From NCBI RefSeq assembly GCF_000181795.1, contig NW_003526941.1, forward strand, positions 7,048,812-7,100,826: a stretch of DNA of 52,015 nucleotides, read 5' to 3'. Shown here in pieces: positions 38,068-52,015 of the stretch. Made by a program: the position numbers and the translations under genes. How positions within the stretch are numbered: position 1 is the first letter of the stretch; every line of letters begins with the position of its first letter. The notes beneath the pieces are model-generated. The model was not told the DNA's origin. It saw only the letters and a list, made by a program, of their open reading frames with translations, and searched no databases. The stretch is from Trichinella spiralis. Its lineage: Eukaryota.

Positions 38068-41000
38068 AAACAGAAAAGGCTATTCCCTTGCTTTTTGGAA
38101 AAGATTAAAATTTTAAATTGTTGTGAAGTGATTTCTATTGATCGTTGAATTAAGGTTTCATTACCAACCTGGTTGCACGTCTTTAAACGCGTATTTGCAT
38201 ATATATTGCTTGATCGTGGCACAATGAGGCAATTTTACCGGGCAGCTCTTATATACTAACGAAGCCTGGGCGCTTGATAGAACATCCTATAATTGCATTT
38301 CATTAGTATTTATACAAATATTTGAACAAATACCCGCGGGCAAAAGTGGCTGATTCCAATAATATTTGTGCCTGAATTTCACTTTTGTAATACAGAACCC
38401 CATTGAAATTAAATTTTTATTTACGCAATTAAATTGATTAAACATGATACTGAAATAAGAATAATTCAAAATGAAACGTTTTATTTACATTTTTCATGGA
38501 ATCATCCATTATTTCCTCCTATAAGTGTCAACATCCCTAACAAGCAATTTTTGTCCCAATATCTCATTAAATAATCCATTGATTATTATTGATACTTTCT
38601 GCTATTAATAATTGTACAATACTGTTCTCTTATATGAAAAAGGAATTCAATAATACATTTGAGGTTCCCCAAGGGGCACGCCTTTTGTTCTACTGATCTT
38701 ATATGCAAATATTTTGAAAGAATAAAATAAATGCCCTGGCCTGCTGTGAATTAATTTGTCATAAATCGNNNNNNNNNNNNNNNNNNNNNNNNNNNNNNNN
38801 NNNNNNNNNNNNNNNNNNNNNNNNNNNNNNNNNNNNNNNNNNNNNNNNNNNNNNNNNNNNNNNNNNNNNNNNNNNNNNNNNNNNNNNNNNNCGCGAGCCA
38901 AAGTTTGCTGATTCCAATAATATTTGTGCCTGAATTTCACTTTTGTAATACAGAACCCCATTGCAATCTAAATTTTTATTTACGCAATTAAATTGATTAA
39001 ATATGATACTGAAATAAGAATTAATGAAAATAAAACGTTTTATTTACAGTTTTCATAGAATCTTGCATTCTTTCCCTATGTAAATGACACCTTTGCTAAC
39101 AAGCAATTTTGCCAAATATCTCATTAAATAATCAATTGAGTATTATTGTTAGTTTCTGTAATAAATACTTGTACAGTACTGTTATCATATATGAAGAAAG
39201 AATTCAGTAATACATTTGTGTTCCTTAGAGGCAGCCCTTTGTTCTACTGAGCTTATATGCATATATCATGAAAGATTAAAATAAATGCCATGCATGGGTG
39301 AATTAGTTTGTCACAATTTGATATTTTATTTTATTTTCACCATTTGTAATCAATCATTTTGACAAGAAAACAACATTCAAAGCGATTTACATAAACGTCA
39401 TTTGATTGTAATGAACTGAGCAAAAATTGAATCAAACAGCCACGTTATTTGTATCGTTGAGATGCTAAATGAGTATTTAAGATGATGAACAGCATAGAAA
39501 TAAATGAAATGATTGTTTTATAATGAAATAAAAAATATCCAAGTGGTACGATACACACTCAGGTATTAATAAATGTTGACAGCTACAGATTTAGAAATTC
39601 AGTTCTACTGGTCGAATAAATGAAATAAACTAATAGGAAACTAATAAATGGAAGATTTTATGGGCATTTCAAACCGTCCTGAATAAATGTTTATAAATTT
39701 ATTCCAATTGGACGGAAAATGAAGAAATATCGATTTGCCCAAAACAAAGAAATATTGCACAAGACTTCGCCATTTCAACGAATATCTCACGATAATGCAA
39801 AGAACGTTTCCTATATCAAAATTCACCTATCCTCGAGCCGTTTCAAGGGAGTTCCAGATGGGCTGCTTTACTGTGTATTAATATAGGAGCATGCAAACTT
39901 TACGATGCCGTTTATTCAACAAGTACGGGTTAGTTTCCCATGCAACATTCTAGAACTTTCTAATTCATCAATCGTTAGCAATATATAACAAAAAAAGCGA
40001 AATTTTTGAAAATAGCCTTCTTTCGAAAATCGCAAAAACAGCAAAGGCTATAGCCTTGCTTTCTTGAAAAGTCGAAAATTTTAAATTGTTGAAAAAGTGA
40101 TTTCAATTGATCAGAAAAATTAAGGTAATCATTACAAACCTGGTTGCACGTCGAAAAAACGCGTATTTGCCGAGATATTGCAAAAACGTTGTACAATGAT
40201 GCGATTTTAGTGGGGACGGCAGAGATGGAAACGAAGCCTGCGCGCTTGATCATACATCCTATAACTGCATTTCCGTACCATTTAGACAAATATTTGAACA
40301 AATACCCGGCGAGCGAAAGTTGCTGATTCCAATACTATTTGTGCCTGGACTTTCACTTTTGTAATACAGAAACCCCAATGAAANNNNNNNNNNCGTTGTA
40401 CAATGATGCGATTTTCGTGGGGACGTCAGAGATAGAAACGAAACCTGCGCGCTTGATAATACATCCTATAATTGCATTTCATTAGCATTTATACAAATAT
40501 TTGAACAAATACCCGCGAGCAAAAGTTGCTGATTCCAATAATATTTGTGCCTGAATTTCACTTTTGTAATACAGAACCCCATTGAAATCTAAATTTTTAT
40601 TTACGCAATTTAATTGATTAAATATGATACTGAAATAAGAATTATTCAAAATAAAACGTTTTATTTACATTTTTCATGGAATCATGCATTCTTTTCTCCT
40701 ATAAATGTCAGCTTTGCTAACATGCAATTTTGTCAAATATCTCATTAAATAATCAATTAAGTATTATTGTTAGTTTCTGTAATAAATACTTGTACAGTAC
40801 TGTTATCATATATGAAGAAAGAATTCAGTAATACATTTGTGTTCCTTAGAGGCAGGCCTTTGTTCTACTGAGCTTATATGCATATATCTTGAAAGATTAA
40901 AATAAATGCCATGCATGGGTGAATTAGTTTGTCATAATTTGTTATTTTACTTCATTTTTACAATTTGCAAACAATCTTCTTGACAAAAAGCAACATTCAA

Positions 41001-44000
41001 AGATATTTGCATAAGCGTCAATTCAGTATAATGACCTGAGCGAAAACTGATTCAAACAGCTGCATTCTTGGTATCGTTGAGAATCTCAATGAATAATTAG
41101 GATCATGAACAGCATAGAAATCAATGAAATGATTGTTATTTCATGAAAAGAAACATATTGAAGTCATACGATAGACACTCAGGTATTAATAAATGTTGGC
41201 AGCTACAGATTGAGAAATTCAATTCTACTGATCGAATAAATGAAATAAACTAATAGGAAACTAATAAATGGAAGATTTTATGGGCATTTCAAACCGTCCT
41301 AAAAGAATTTCTATAAATTGAGTCCAAATGGACGAAAAANNNNNNNNNNATAAATTTGCATTTTCATTTAGGCATTTATACAAAATATTTTGAAACAAAA
41401 ATACCCCGGCGAAGCAAAAGGTTTGCTGGATTCCCAATAATAATTTGTGCCGGGAATTTCCACTTTTGTAAATACCAGGACCCCCCATGGAAAATAAAAT
41501 TTTTTATTTACGCAATTAAATTGATTTAAACCAGGATACTGAAAATAAGGAATTAATTTCAAAAATGGAAACGTTTTTATTTACCTTTTTTCAGGGAATC
41601 CATCCCATTTTTTTCTTCCTTATAAGTGTCAACCATCCCTTACCAAGCAATTTTGTCAAATATCTCCTTAAATTATCAAATGGAGTATTATTGTAAGTTT
41701 TTGTAATTAATAATGTACAATACTGTTTCTCCATATATGAAGAAAGAATTCAGTAATACATTTGTGTTCCCTATGGGCACGCCTTTTGTTCTACTGAGCT
41801 TATATGCAAATATTTTGAAAGATTAGAATAAATGCCATGCGTGCGTGAATTAGTTTGTCATAAATCGTTATTTCATTTTATTTTCACCATCTGTAATCAA
41901 TCACTTTGACAAAAAAACAACATTCAAAACCATTTACATAAACGTCACTTGATTGTAATGAACTGAACAAAAATTGAATCAAACAGCCGCATTATTTGTA
42001 TCGTTGAGATGCTAAATGAATATTTAAGATCATGAACAGCATAGAAATCAACGAAATGACTGGTTTTTAATGAAATAAAAAATATCCAAGTCGCAGGATA
42101 GACACTCAGGTATTAATAAATGTTGACAGCTACAGATTGAGAAATTCAATTCTACTGGTCGAATAAATGAAATAAACTAATAGAAAACTAATAAATGGAA
42201 GATTTTATGGGCATTTCAAACCGTCCTGAATCAATTTTTATAAATTTATTCCAATTGGACGGAAAATGAAGAAAAATCGACTTCAACAAAACAAAGTAAT
42301 AATGCACAAGACTTAGCCATTTCAAAGAATATTTCACGATAATGCAAAGAACGTTTCTTACTCAAAATTCAACTNNNNNNNNNNNNNNNNNNNNNNNNNN
42401 NNNNNNNNNNNNNNNNNNNNNNNNNNNNNNNNNNNNNNNNNNNNNNNNNNNNNNNNNNNNNNNNNNNNNNNNNNNNNNNNNNNNNNNNNNNNNNNNNNNN
42501 NNNNNNNNNNNNNNNNNNNNNNNNNNNNNNNNNNNNNNNNNNNNNNNNNNNNNNNNNNNNNNNNNNNNNNNNNNNNNNNNNNNNNNNNNNNNNNNNNNNN
42601 NNNNNNNNNNNNNNNNNNNNNNNNNNNNNNNNNNNNNNNNNNNNNNNNNNNNNNNNNNNNNNNNNNNNNNNNNNNNNNNNNNNNNNNNNNNNNNNNNNNN
42701 NNNNNNNNNNNNNNNNNNNNNNNNNNNNNNNNNNNNNNNNNNNNNNNNNNNNNNNNNNNNNNNNNNNNNNNNNNNNNNNNNNNNNNNNNNNNNNNNNNNN
42801 NNNNNNNNNNNNNNNNNNNNNNNNNNNNNNNNNNNNNNNNNNNNNNNNNNNNNNNNNNNNNNNNNNNNNNNNNNNNNNNNNNNNNNNNNNNNNNNNNNNN
42901 NNNNNNNNNNNNNNNNNNNNNNNATGTAAATACGTTTCCTATACCAAAATTCAACCATCCTGAACCCGTTTCAAGGCAGTTCCAGATGGGATGCCTTCCT
43001 GTGTATTAAGATAGGCGCATGCAAAATTTAGAGTCCATTTATTCAACAAGTACGGGTTAGTTTCCCATGGAACTTTCTAGAACTTTCTAATTCATCAAAC
43101 GTTAGCAACATATAGAAAAAGAAACGAAATTTTTAATAAAAGCCTACTTTCGAAAATCGCAAAAACAACAAAGGCTATAGCCTTGCTTTTTTGAAAAGTC
43201 GAAAATTTTAAATTGTTGCAAAATTAATTTCAATTGATCAGAAAAATTAAGTTAATCATTACAAACCTGGTTGTACGTCGTACAAACGCGTATTTGCCGA
43301 GATATTGCAAAAACGTTTTACAATGATGCGATTTTAGTGGGGACGACAGAGATGGAAAGAAACCTGCGCGCTTGATAATACAACCTATAATTGCATTTCA
43401 TTAGCATTTATACAAATATTTGAACAAATACCCGCGGGCAAAAGTGACTGATTCCAATAATATTTGTGCCTGAATTTCACTTTTGTAATACAGAACCCCA
43501 TTGAAATCTAAATTCTTATTTACGCAATTCAGTTGATTAAATATGATACTCTAATAAGAATTATTGAAAATAAAACGTTTTATTTACAGTTTTCACGGAA
43601 TCATGCATTCTTTCCCTCTGTAAATGACACCTTTGCTAACATGCAATTTTGTCAAATATCTCATTAAATAATCAATTGAGTATTATTGTTAGTTTCTGTA
43701 ATAAATAATTGTACAGTATTCTTCTCATATATGAAGAAAGAATTCAGTAATACATTTGTGTTCCTTAGAGGCAGGCCTTTGTTCTACTGAGCTTATATGC
43801 ATATATCTTGAAAGATTAGAATAAATGCCATGCATGGGTGAATTAGTTTGTCATAATTTGTTATTTTACTTCATTTTTACAATTTGCAAACAATCTTTTT
43901 GACAAAAAGCAACATTCAAAGATATTTGCATAAGCGTCAATTCAGTATGATGACCTGAGCGAAAACTGATTCAAACAGCTGCATTCTTGGTATCGTTGAG

Positions 44001-44026
44001 AATCTCAATGAATTATTATGATCATG
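38068..44026 (+). repeat. Gapped tandem array of a ~1.4 kb repeat with two sequence subtypes
   Basis: Landmarks recur (acactcaggtatt ~39555, 41175, 42102; gtgcctgaatttcacttttgtaatacag ~38368, 38926, 40547, 43466). Unit ~1.41 kb from joining 39550-40187 and 40394-41170. Confidence 0.93.
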
Positions 44027-44473
44027 ANNNNNNNNNNNNNNNNNNNNNNNNNNNNNNNNNNNNNNNNNNNNNNNNNNNNNNNNNNNNNNNNNNNNNNNNN
44101 NNNNNNNNNNNNNNNNNNNNNNNNNNNNNNNNNNNNNNNNNNNNNNNNNNNNNNNNNNNNNNNNNNNNNNNNNNNNNNNNNNNNNNNNNNNNNNNNNNNN
44201 NNNNNNNNNNNNNNNNNNNNNNNNNNNNNNNNNNNNNNNNNNNNNNNNNNNNNNNNNNNNNNNNNNNNNNNNNNNNNNNNNNNNNNNNNNNNNNNNNNNN
44301 NNNNNNNNNNNNNNNNNNNNNNNNNNNNNNNNNNNNNNNNNNNNNNNNNNNNNNNNNNNNNNNNNNNNNNNNNNNNNNNNNNNNNNNNNNNNNNNNNNNN
44401 NNNNNNNNNNNNNNNNNNNNNNNNNNNNNNNNNNNNNNNNNNNNNNNNNNNNNNNNNNNNNNNNNNNNNNNNN

Positions 44474-47400
44474 GCTTATTTACTATTAAAATTTTGTTTA
44501 AACTAAACTTTTGTTTACACCCCTATGATGGTTATAGTAAGACTGCAAACCTTGGTTGAGCACTGCATCAGCGCGCAACATACAATGTGAGATAAACCTA
44601 CCTGAAAAATTAAGTAACTCAACGAATTGCAATGAATTCAAGAAACTTATGCGGGTGACAATCCTGTATTGCATTTCATGAAAAGAATAAAACAAAAGAA
44701 TCAGGAGTAGCCTGGATTTGGTTATACTGCTAGTCGACAGCAATTATGAGAAAGTAGATTTATATGGGATGAAAACAGCAAAGTGCTGTTCATTCTGCTC
44801 GAAATACGGGGTGGGCAGCATTTTCAGTTGAATGAGATCTCTGTTCAGCTTAGTATTATTACTAGCTCAATGATGGGGATCATTAGAAAGGAAAGGAGGG
44901 CGGGACAACATACCAGGAAGGAATGAGTAAGAAGTTGAAGGATGGAGGAGGTGGAAGTTGTCATATGCTTTCTTCCACTCAATCTTCACGTATAATATTC
45001 AGGCGTAGGTTCATTTATCAATACTGACAACATTGATGGGCATTGAGTTATTTTCTCAATGACATAAAATAGGTGCATCGGTATGAGTCAGTACTATTGG
45101 CGGTACAATAACATAATAGAAACTTTAAGGAGTCATTTCAAAAATGAAGGGAACGTTACTGGCATTCTGAAAGTATCAAAGGTGGTAGTATAAAAGCGTG
45201 TTCTCTAGCTAACAGCAGCTTTCCTATGTCATGCTGAAACAGTCTTGTGCACGATTTGAGCAGTGACAAGCATTTAGGGGTGCGATTGTGCGACTGCAGT
45301 ATCCCCGTGACAGACATTTCCTTTAAACAATTGGGCACGTATGTTACCTTAGTAATAAACATTACAGTGGGCAGTAAAGATAATGTGGGAGGGGTTCAAT
45401 TGTTATGTCAAAGTACTACTTTACAAATGGATTTGTAAGGACGATTGAAAATTATAGCAAAATATACCATTAGTACTATTATATATTGGCTTGGCCGTAA
45501 TAAAGGCTCGAATATTAGTTGAACATCATTACTGAAGAACAACGCGTTAGCTTCCATTCAAAAAGACTAAAATCAAACAACTACGAAAAGCTTAAAAAGC
45601 GCGCATGTTTTGTGCAGTGTGCCAAGAGAAAGAAAGAAAACATTGTATGAAAAATAGAAAATATATGAAATTTCATACCTGTCAGCAGACCTGCCAGGGA
45701 TGACGTATAAAGCAAACGTAGAGTCATACATTTTGTAACGGATGTTCGTGGTTTCTTCATATTTTTAGTCTAACAGTCACAACGTATTTGTTGAACTGAA
45801 CCATGAAAATGACCAAATAACGCAGTGCAGTAAGTAATTAGACCGCCCTTCAGCAGCGAACATTTATACTATAATGGAGTTCCCTCAATAAACAGAAATT
45901 TATATAAGGAACATTGCTACCGAATTTGAATAACACACAGTGCACGTAGCGGAATGCCAACGGCAGTGTTTACCATCGCATTTGCATAAAGTTACTCTTC
46001 TGACCTAGAAATGCATGTATGCTTTGAAAATGTATAATAACAATGTAATGAGCTAACACCAAAGATTATAGTAATTGCTCAACAACAACAACAAAATCCT
46101 CAATACATTACAATCTGTTTGTTTGTATTACATTGCACATTTATCTTTTTTTTTGAAAAATAAACTTCTCCGTTAATAAAGAATTGTTGCTGTTGTTGTT
46201 ACATTGTTCTTGGTTTATATTAAAAGAAAAGAGAATTTTCTTTCTTACTTTTAAACAGATTATTAATTTACTTGTGTCACGTTTATTATATCATTTTTCC
46301 CCTTTTTAACTGTTTTGTTTTTGTTCCTATTAACTAAAATGTGCAATAATTGATGAAAACGTATAACATATCATAATAGCAGAGACGATAAAACCACATT
46401 CATCAGTATCATAAATAAAATGGCAAAATCGACAATGAACAATCAAAGCGAATGTACAACTGATCAATTCATTTAAATAATCTGAATTGTCGCTTATACG
46501 AGAAATGAAATGAAATTTACAAACAAAACAAAACAATTAATTGAACAGCTTGTTAGAGACATTTTCTGTTAACAACAAGCACAACTTCTTTTTCTATTCC
46601 AAACTACACTATACGCTGTTAGAAGTATCGTGAAGCAGGGTTTGTCCACTTGCATTCTTGGATGAACAACCACCAACCGATCAAGGGAAAACTTATTCTT
46701 ACTACTCATATTTCATTATGCAGAAAAAAAGGTAAAAAGCGAAAAAAGCGCACTGCCATGGTTCACCAATTATTCAGCAAATTTCTCATGGATTCTTCAG
46801 TACCTTAAAATTGCACCATATTGTTCACCCTCCATTTGTGATCAACAAGTTGTTTGATGTGAACCATTTATGAATAGAACAGAAGCTCAGGAATGAAATA
46901 TCACTTACTATCTAAGTGAAGATGGTATTGAGGAAAAAAGCTCAACGCGCTTCTTGACTGCTGATCAATGCAATGATTAACTAAATAACCATGAGGACGA
47001 CATTCTTAAAATTGGATCAAGATCAAGTCCAAGAAATTAGAATAGTTAGTTTAGCCCTGTTGAAATCACCGCACGTATAGTGGTGATGGCGGAATGACAT
47101 CAATACAATGGAAACTTTTACTAATTATAAAAGTTATTACGTTTGTATTCAACCTTCATATAATATTATGCATTGTAAATGAATTTCCTTTGGAGTGTTG
47201 ATTTAAACACCTGTTGCTCCTTATGAATGTAAATAAAGGAAAATCAGATTAAATAAACATCTAAAATATTGCACTAAACTACTGCTACCAAGCTATAAGA
47301 TAATTAAGCTGTAATGCAATATATATTGGGGGAAAGCTTTGATGAAAAATAATCACCCAATCAATGAACAGAATTAAGGAGCTAATCAAATATAACTACA

Positions 47401-50400
47401 CATTCCTCCAATTGCAGATGAAAATTGAGTAACTAATAACGTTGCCCAATTCATCAGCCAATTAATGACAAAAATATTTCAACCTATAAACGAACAGCCA
47501 ATCACAAAATTGTGGGAAAGTTTTTGCAAGCTAAGGATGAAAAAATCAAGACTAATGGCAAAGTCCACCATTCAATAAAACTATACTAGAACAAGAACTG
47601 GTAAGGGTAAAAATGTCAGTGGAATTGCAATTTGTAAACAAATTTAGATTTTATTTACATTTCATTCGTCCTGAAACAATGTTAAAATTTATTCCATTGA
47701 CGAAAATGAAGAAAAATCGACTTACCCGAAACAAAAAAAAANNNNNNNNNNNNNNNNNNNNNNNNNNNNNNNNNNNNNNNNNNNNNNNNNNNNNNNNNNN
47801 NNNNNNNNNNNNNNNNNNNNNNNNNNNNNNNNNNNNNNNNNNNNNNNNNNNNNNNNNNNNNNNNNNNNNNNNNNNNNNNNNNNNNNNNNNNNNNNNNNNN
47901 NNNNNNNNNNNNNNNNNNNNNNNNNNNNNNNNNNNNNNNNNNNNNNNNNNNNNNNNNNNNNNNNNNNNNNNNNNNNNNNNNNNNNNNNNNNNNNNNNNNN
48001 NNNNNNNNNNNNNNNNNNNNNNNNNNNNNNNNNNNNNNNNNNNNNNNNNNNNNNNNNNNNNNNNNNAACGCCTTTACGTCCATTTGATTCGCTTGATGTT
48101 AATGTAATGCTGTCATGGATAAAATGTGCACATTTTACGTATCCAACTGCAATCAGAAGCAAGTTAAATACTTACGGATGTTTGTGATGCCACATTTAGA
48201 ACAAACCGATGTGAACATGACTAATCACGGTGCCCAGAACGAAAGGAACTTGAGAACAGTTCAGCTAATGATGTTATCTGTTATTATAGATATTCATGTA
48301 TTCATATTCATATTCAGATAGATATTCAAATTTAATCCATGTAACACTCGCATCTTCCAGCTATCTAATTAATCAAATTCAATACTTACTGATGAACGAT
48401 ACTATTTGTGATAAGCAAAGGCACACGGGACGGCTAGGAAACGCCTTTACGTCCATGCGGACACGGGTTGCNAACGNNNNNNNNNNNNNGNNATGNNNNN
48501 ANNNANNNNNNTTATANANNNNNGCNACTCACCNNNTNTNGTNATANNNNNNTNNNNNNNCACTGNNNNNANNNNNNNNNAANNTGNTNNNNNGNNTNNT
48601 ACNAANNNNNNNNNNNNGNNNNNNNGNNNNNNNNNNNNNNNNNNNNNNANNNNNNNNNNNNNTNNNGANNNNNGNNNNNNNNNNNNAANNNNNNNNNNNN
48701 NNNNNCNNNNNNNNNNNNGNNNNATCNNACTGCAATCAGGAGCAAATTCAATACTTTTAGGATGTTTGTGATGCCAAAATTTAGAACGAAATGCCTGTGG
48801 CACATTCACTTGTCACGTTGCCCAGAAGCAAATAGGAACACCATAAAAACTCAGCTGATGTCGTAATCTGTAATNTACAGAAGTTACCTAATTCTACCTA
48901 TATCTAATACGCCTATCGTCTTGNCTATNCTAATTAAANCATATTCACACTTACTGTTTTTTGTCATACGTTTTTNTGAACGCTAGGTCAGCAACTCCAA
49001 CAACCACTGTTCAACAGCTTTTACCCTGTTTTTACTGATGATAGATTGCATCCGGGNAATTTTCAAAATGTAGCAAGGCAAATGTAATTTTTCAACTTCT
49101 TAAGAGAATTTGAATCAAGGGCACCTAATCTATGATATCATATACATGATAATTTAACATAAAGTGCTGCAGTAAGAANTCAAAGCTATGTGGGCACTAA
49201 TGGCTACTGTAACCTTTCAACTCTAAATTTAACCAGAAAAAATTAAAGTAAAAAGCAAGGCATATTCATCATGATGCATAGTTACCATATTCACTTAGTT
49301 TTCAGAATTTGGTTGTTTCATATTCATTGATATGAATATAAAATAATGTAAATTCTAAAAGTGAATTGTATTAATGCAATCATCTATAAATAAAAAACGG
49401 AAATAGATACTTCTTCGTCTTCAGCATCTGATGTATCTAAAACTTAGCAATAATAACACTAGAAAGAAACCCGCCAGTTTCCATTCACCATATATGTAAA
49501 ATAACATGCATAGCATGCCACCACCAAAATATCAAATCCAACTTACCAGTTATTCATGGATGGTGCTGAAGAGCGGAATTATAGTTGACCACGTGCTAGA
49601 TTGATAGCATTGGAGGGAACTGAATAACCTAATGTAATCGAAGTTCTCTGATTAGATGTATAATACTAAGTAAATTATGCAAATGACTATTTACTTTGCC
49701 TCAGGAAGCACAACCTAATTTTCCATCAGTAATAGCGCAGTAAAATGAACATTATGAGCAACATTATGAAACGAGACGATGAAATTTATTACGTTTTTAT
49801 TTACACACTTCCTATAACTACGTAATATTGCATTGTTATGCAAATTTTTTCCCTAAAATTACCTAAAACGTAAACTTATTAACATGAAGCATCGCAAATT
49901 ACTAAAAATAAACGGAAATGCTATCACTGCGTATTTATGCATGTTGTGTAATTTAGTTGCTTGAAAGTACAAGGTGATTCAATAATTTATTTTATCAATG
50001 TTTTTTTCTAAACAAAATTATATGGATAATTTTAAATAGCTCCCACTGAAAATAGCTGCGAAAATAAAACTCTTTCAGATTTATGGAAAATTAAACAGTT
50101 GCCCATGAAATTTTATGATGATAACTGCGAAAGAAATTTTATAATATACAATTTATCTCAGCACAGAATTTAACCAGTGCACAGCGTAGACATTATGATG
50201 GAAGAAACTGCACAGTGGGTATGCACTGACAGCTAATTACTAATAATTTGTTTACTAACTTTTGGTTTACACCCTATGANNNNNNNNNNGGAAAACTATC
50301 TACTACTCATATTCATATGCAGAAAAAAAGTAAAAGCGAAAAAGCGCACTGCATGGTCACCAATATCAGCAAATTTCTCATGGATCTCAGTACCTTAAAA

Positions 50401-51260
50401 TTGCACCATATTGTTCACCCTCCATTTGTGATCAACAAGTTGTTTGATGTGAACCATTTATGAATAGAACCAGGAAGCTCAGGAAATGAAATATCACTTA
50501 CTATCTAAGTGAAGATGGTATTGAGGAAAAAAGGCTCAACGCGCTTTCTGGACTGCTGATCAATGCAATGATTAACTAAATAACCCATGAGGACGACATT
50601 CTTAAAATTGGATCAAGATCAAGTCCAAGAAATTAGAATAGTTAGTTTAGCCCTGTTGAAATCACCGCACGTATAGTGGTGATGGCGGAATGACATCAAT
50701 ACAATGGAAACTTTTACTAATTATAAAAGTTATTACGTTTGTATTCAACCTTCATATAATATTATGCATTGTAAATGAATTTCCTTTGGAGTGTTGATTT
50801 AAACACCTGTTGCTCCTTATGAATGTAAATAAAGGAAAATCAGATTAAATAAACATCTAAAATATTGCACTAAACTACTGCTACCAAGCTATAAGATAAT
50901 TAAGCTGTAATGCAATATATATTGGGGGAAAGCTTTGATGAAAAATAATCACCCAATCAATGAACAGAATTAAGGAGCTAATCAAATATAACTACACATT
51001 CCTCCAATTGCAGATGAAAATTGAGTAACTAATAACGTTGCCCAATTCATCAGCCAATTAATGACAAAAATATTTCAACCTATAAACGAACAGCCAATCA
51101 CAAAATTGTGGGAAAGTTTTTGCAAGCTAAGGATGAAAAAATCAAGACTAATGGCAAAGTCCACCATTCAATAAAACTATACTAGAACAAGAACTGGTAA
51201 AGGGTAAAAATGTCAGTGGAATTGCAATTTGTAAACAAATTTAGATTTTATTTACATTTC
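44474..51260. repeat. Multi-kb non-coding or degenerate block present in at least two partial copies within the array
   Basis: 46686-47741 matches ~50290-51342; 44495-44528 matches 50249-50279; both copies join the 1.4 kb repeat at the same point (~47660 and ~51260). Low-quality sequence at 48470-48730. Confidence 0.85.
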
Positions 51261-52015
51261 AATCCGTCCTGAAACAATGTTTATAAATTTATTCCAATTG
51301 GACAGAAAATGAAGAAAAATCGACTTACCCGAAACAAAAAAAATATTGCACAAGACTACGCAGTTTCAACGAATACCTCACTATAATGTAAAATACGTTT
51401 CCTATACCAAAATTCAACCATCCTGAACCCGTTTCAAGGCAGTTCCAGATGGGATGCCTTCCTGTGTATTAAGATAGGCGCATGCAAAATTTAGAGTCCA
51501 TTTATTCAACAAGTACGGGTTAGTTTCCCATGGAACTTTCTAGAACTTTCTAATTCATCAAACGTTAGCAACATATAGAAAAAGAAACGAAATTTTTAAT
51601 AAAAGCCTACTTTCGAAAATCGCAAAAACAACAAAGGCTATAGCCTTGCTTTTTTGAAAAGTCGAAAATTTTAAATTGTTGCAAAATTAATTTCAATTGA
51701 TCAGAAAAATTAAGTTAATCATTACAAACCTGGTTGTACGTCGTACAAACGCGTATTTGCCGAGATATTGCAAAAACGTTTTACAATGATGCGATTTTAG
51801 TGGGGACGACAGAGATGGAAAGAAACCTGCGCGCTTGATAATACAACCTATAATTGCATTTCATTAGCATTTATACAAATATTTGAACAAATACCCGCGG
51901 GCAATAGGGACTGATTCCAATAATATTTGTGCCTGAATTTCACTTTTGTAATACAGAACCCCATTGAAATCTAAATTCTTATTTACGCATTCAGTTGATT
52001 AAATATGATACTCTA
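51255..52015 (+). repeat. Copy of the ~1.4 kb repeat, nearly identical to 42924-43553
   Basis: Shares private variants with the 42924 copy (gatggaaag-aaacc deletion, cgttttacaatg). Confidence 0.95.

Noticed and set aside
42342..48866. Long ORFs in the ORF track
   Set aside because: Artefacts of N runs.
38068..52015. CRISPR array or autonomous transposon
   Set aside because: No short repeat-spacer structure and no recognisable transposase, RT or integrase motifs, LTRs or TIRs.

Overview
AT-rich eukaryotic genomic DNA with many short (~50-60 nt) spliceosomal introns and several N-gaps. Gene content and intron style suggest a nematode, probably Trichinella-like (inference). A compact ~30 kb gene island (3.8-34 kb) holds ten genes reconstructed by hand across splice sites: a nucleolin/NUCL-1-like RGG-acidic-2xRRM gene, RACK1, HADH, PGM3, ATAD1/Msp1, FAM98, an intronless TMEM65, RRP9, HCF-1 and a secreted 3xPAN+TSP1-like protein. 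A ~1.4 kb repeat family flanks the island on both sides; on the right it forms a gapped tandem array interrupted by a duplicated multi-kb block. I cannot demonstrate a new biological system from sequence alone. The best leads are: (1) a ~280 nt highly structured non-coding island between RACK1 and the nucleolin-like gene; (2) signs that the 1.4 kb repeat carries a spliced minus-strand gene; (3) a box C/D snoRNA in a RACK1 intron; (4) an obligatory non-AG acceptor in HADH; (5) a cluster of ROR/NHR-23-type sites upstream of the PAN gene.
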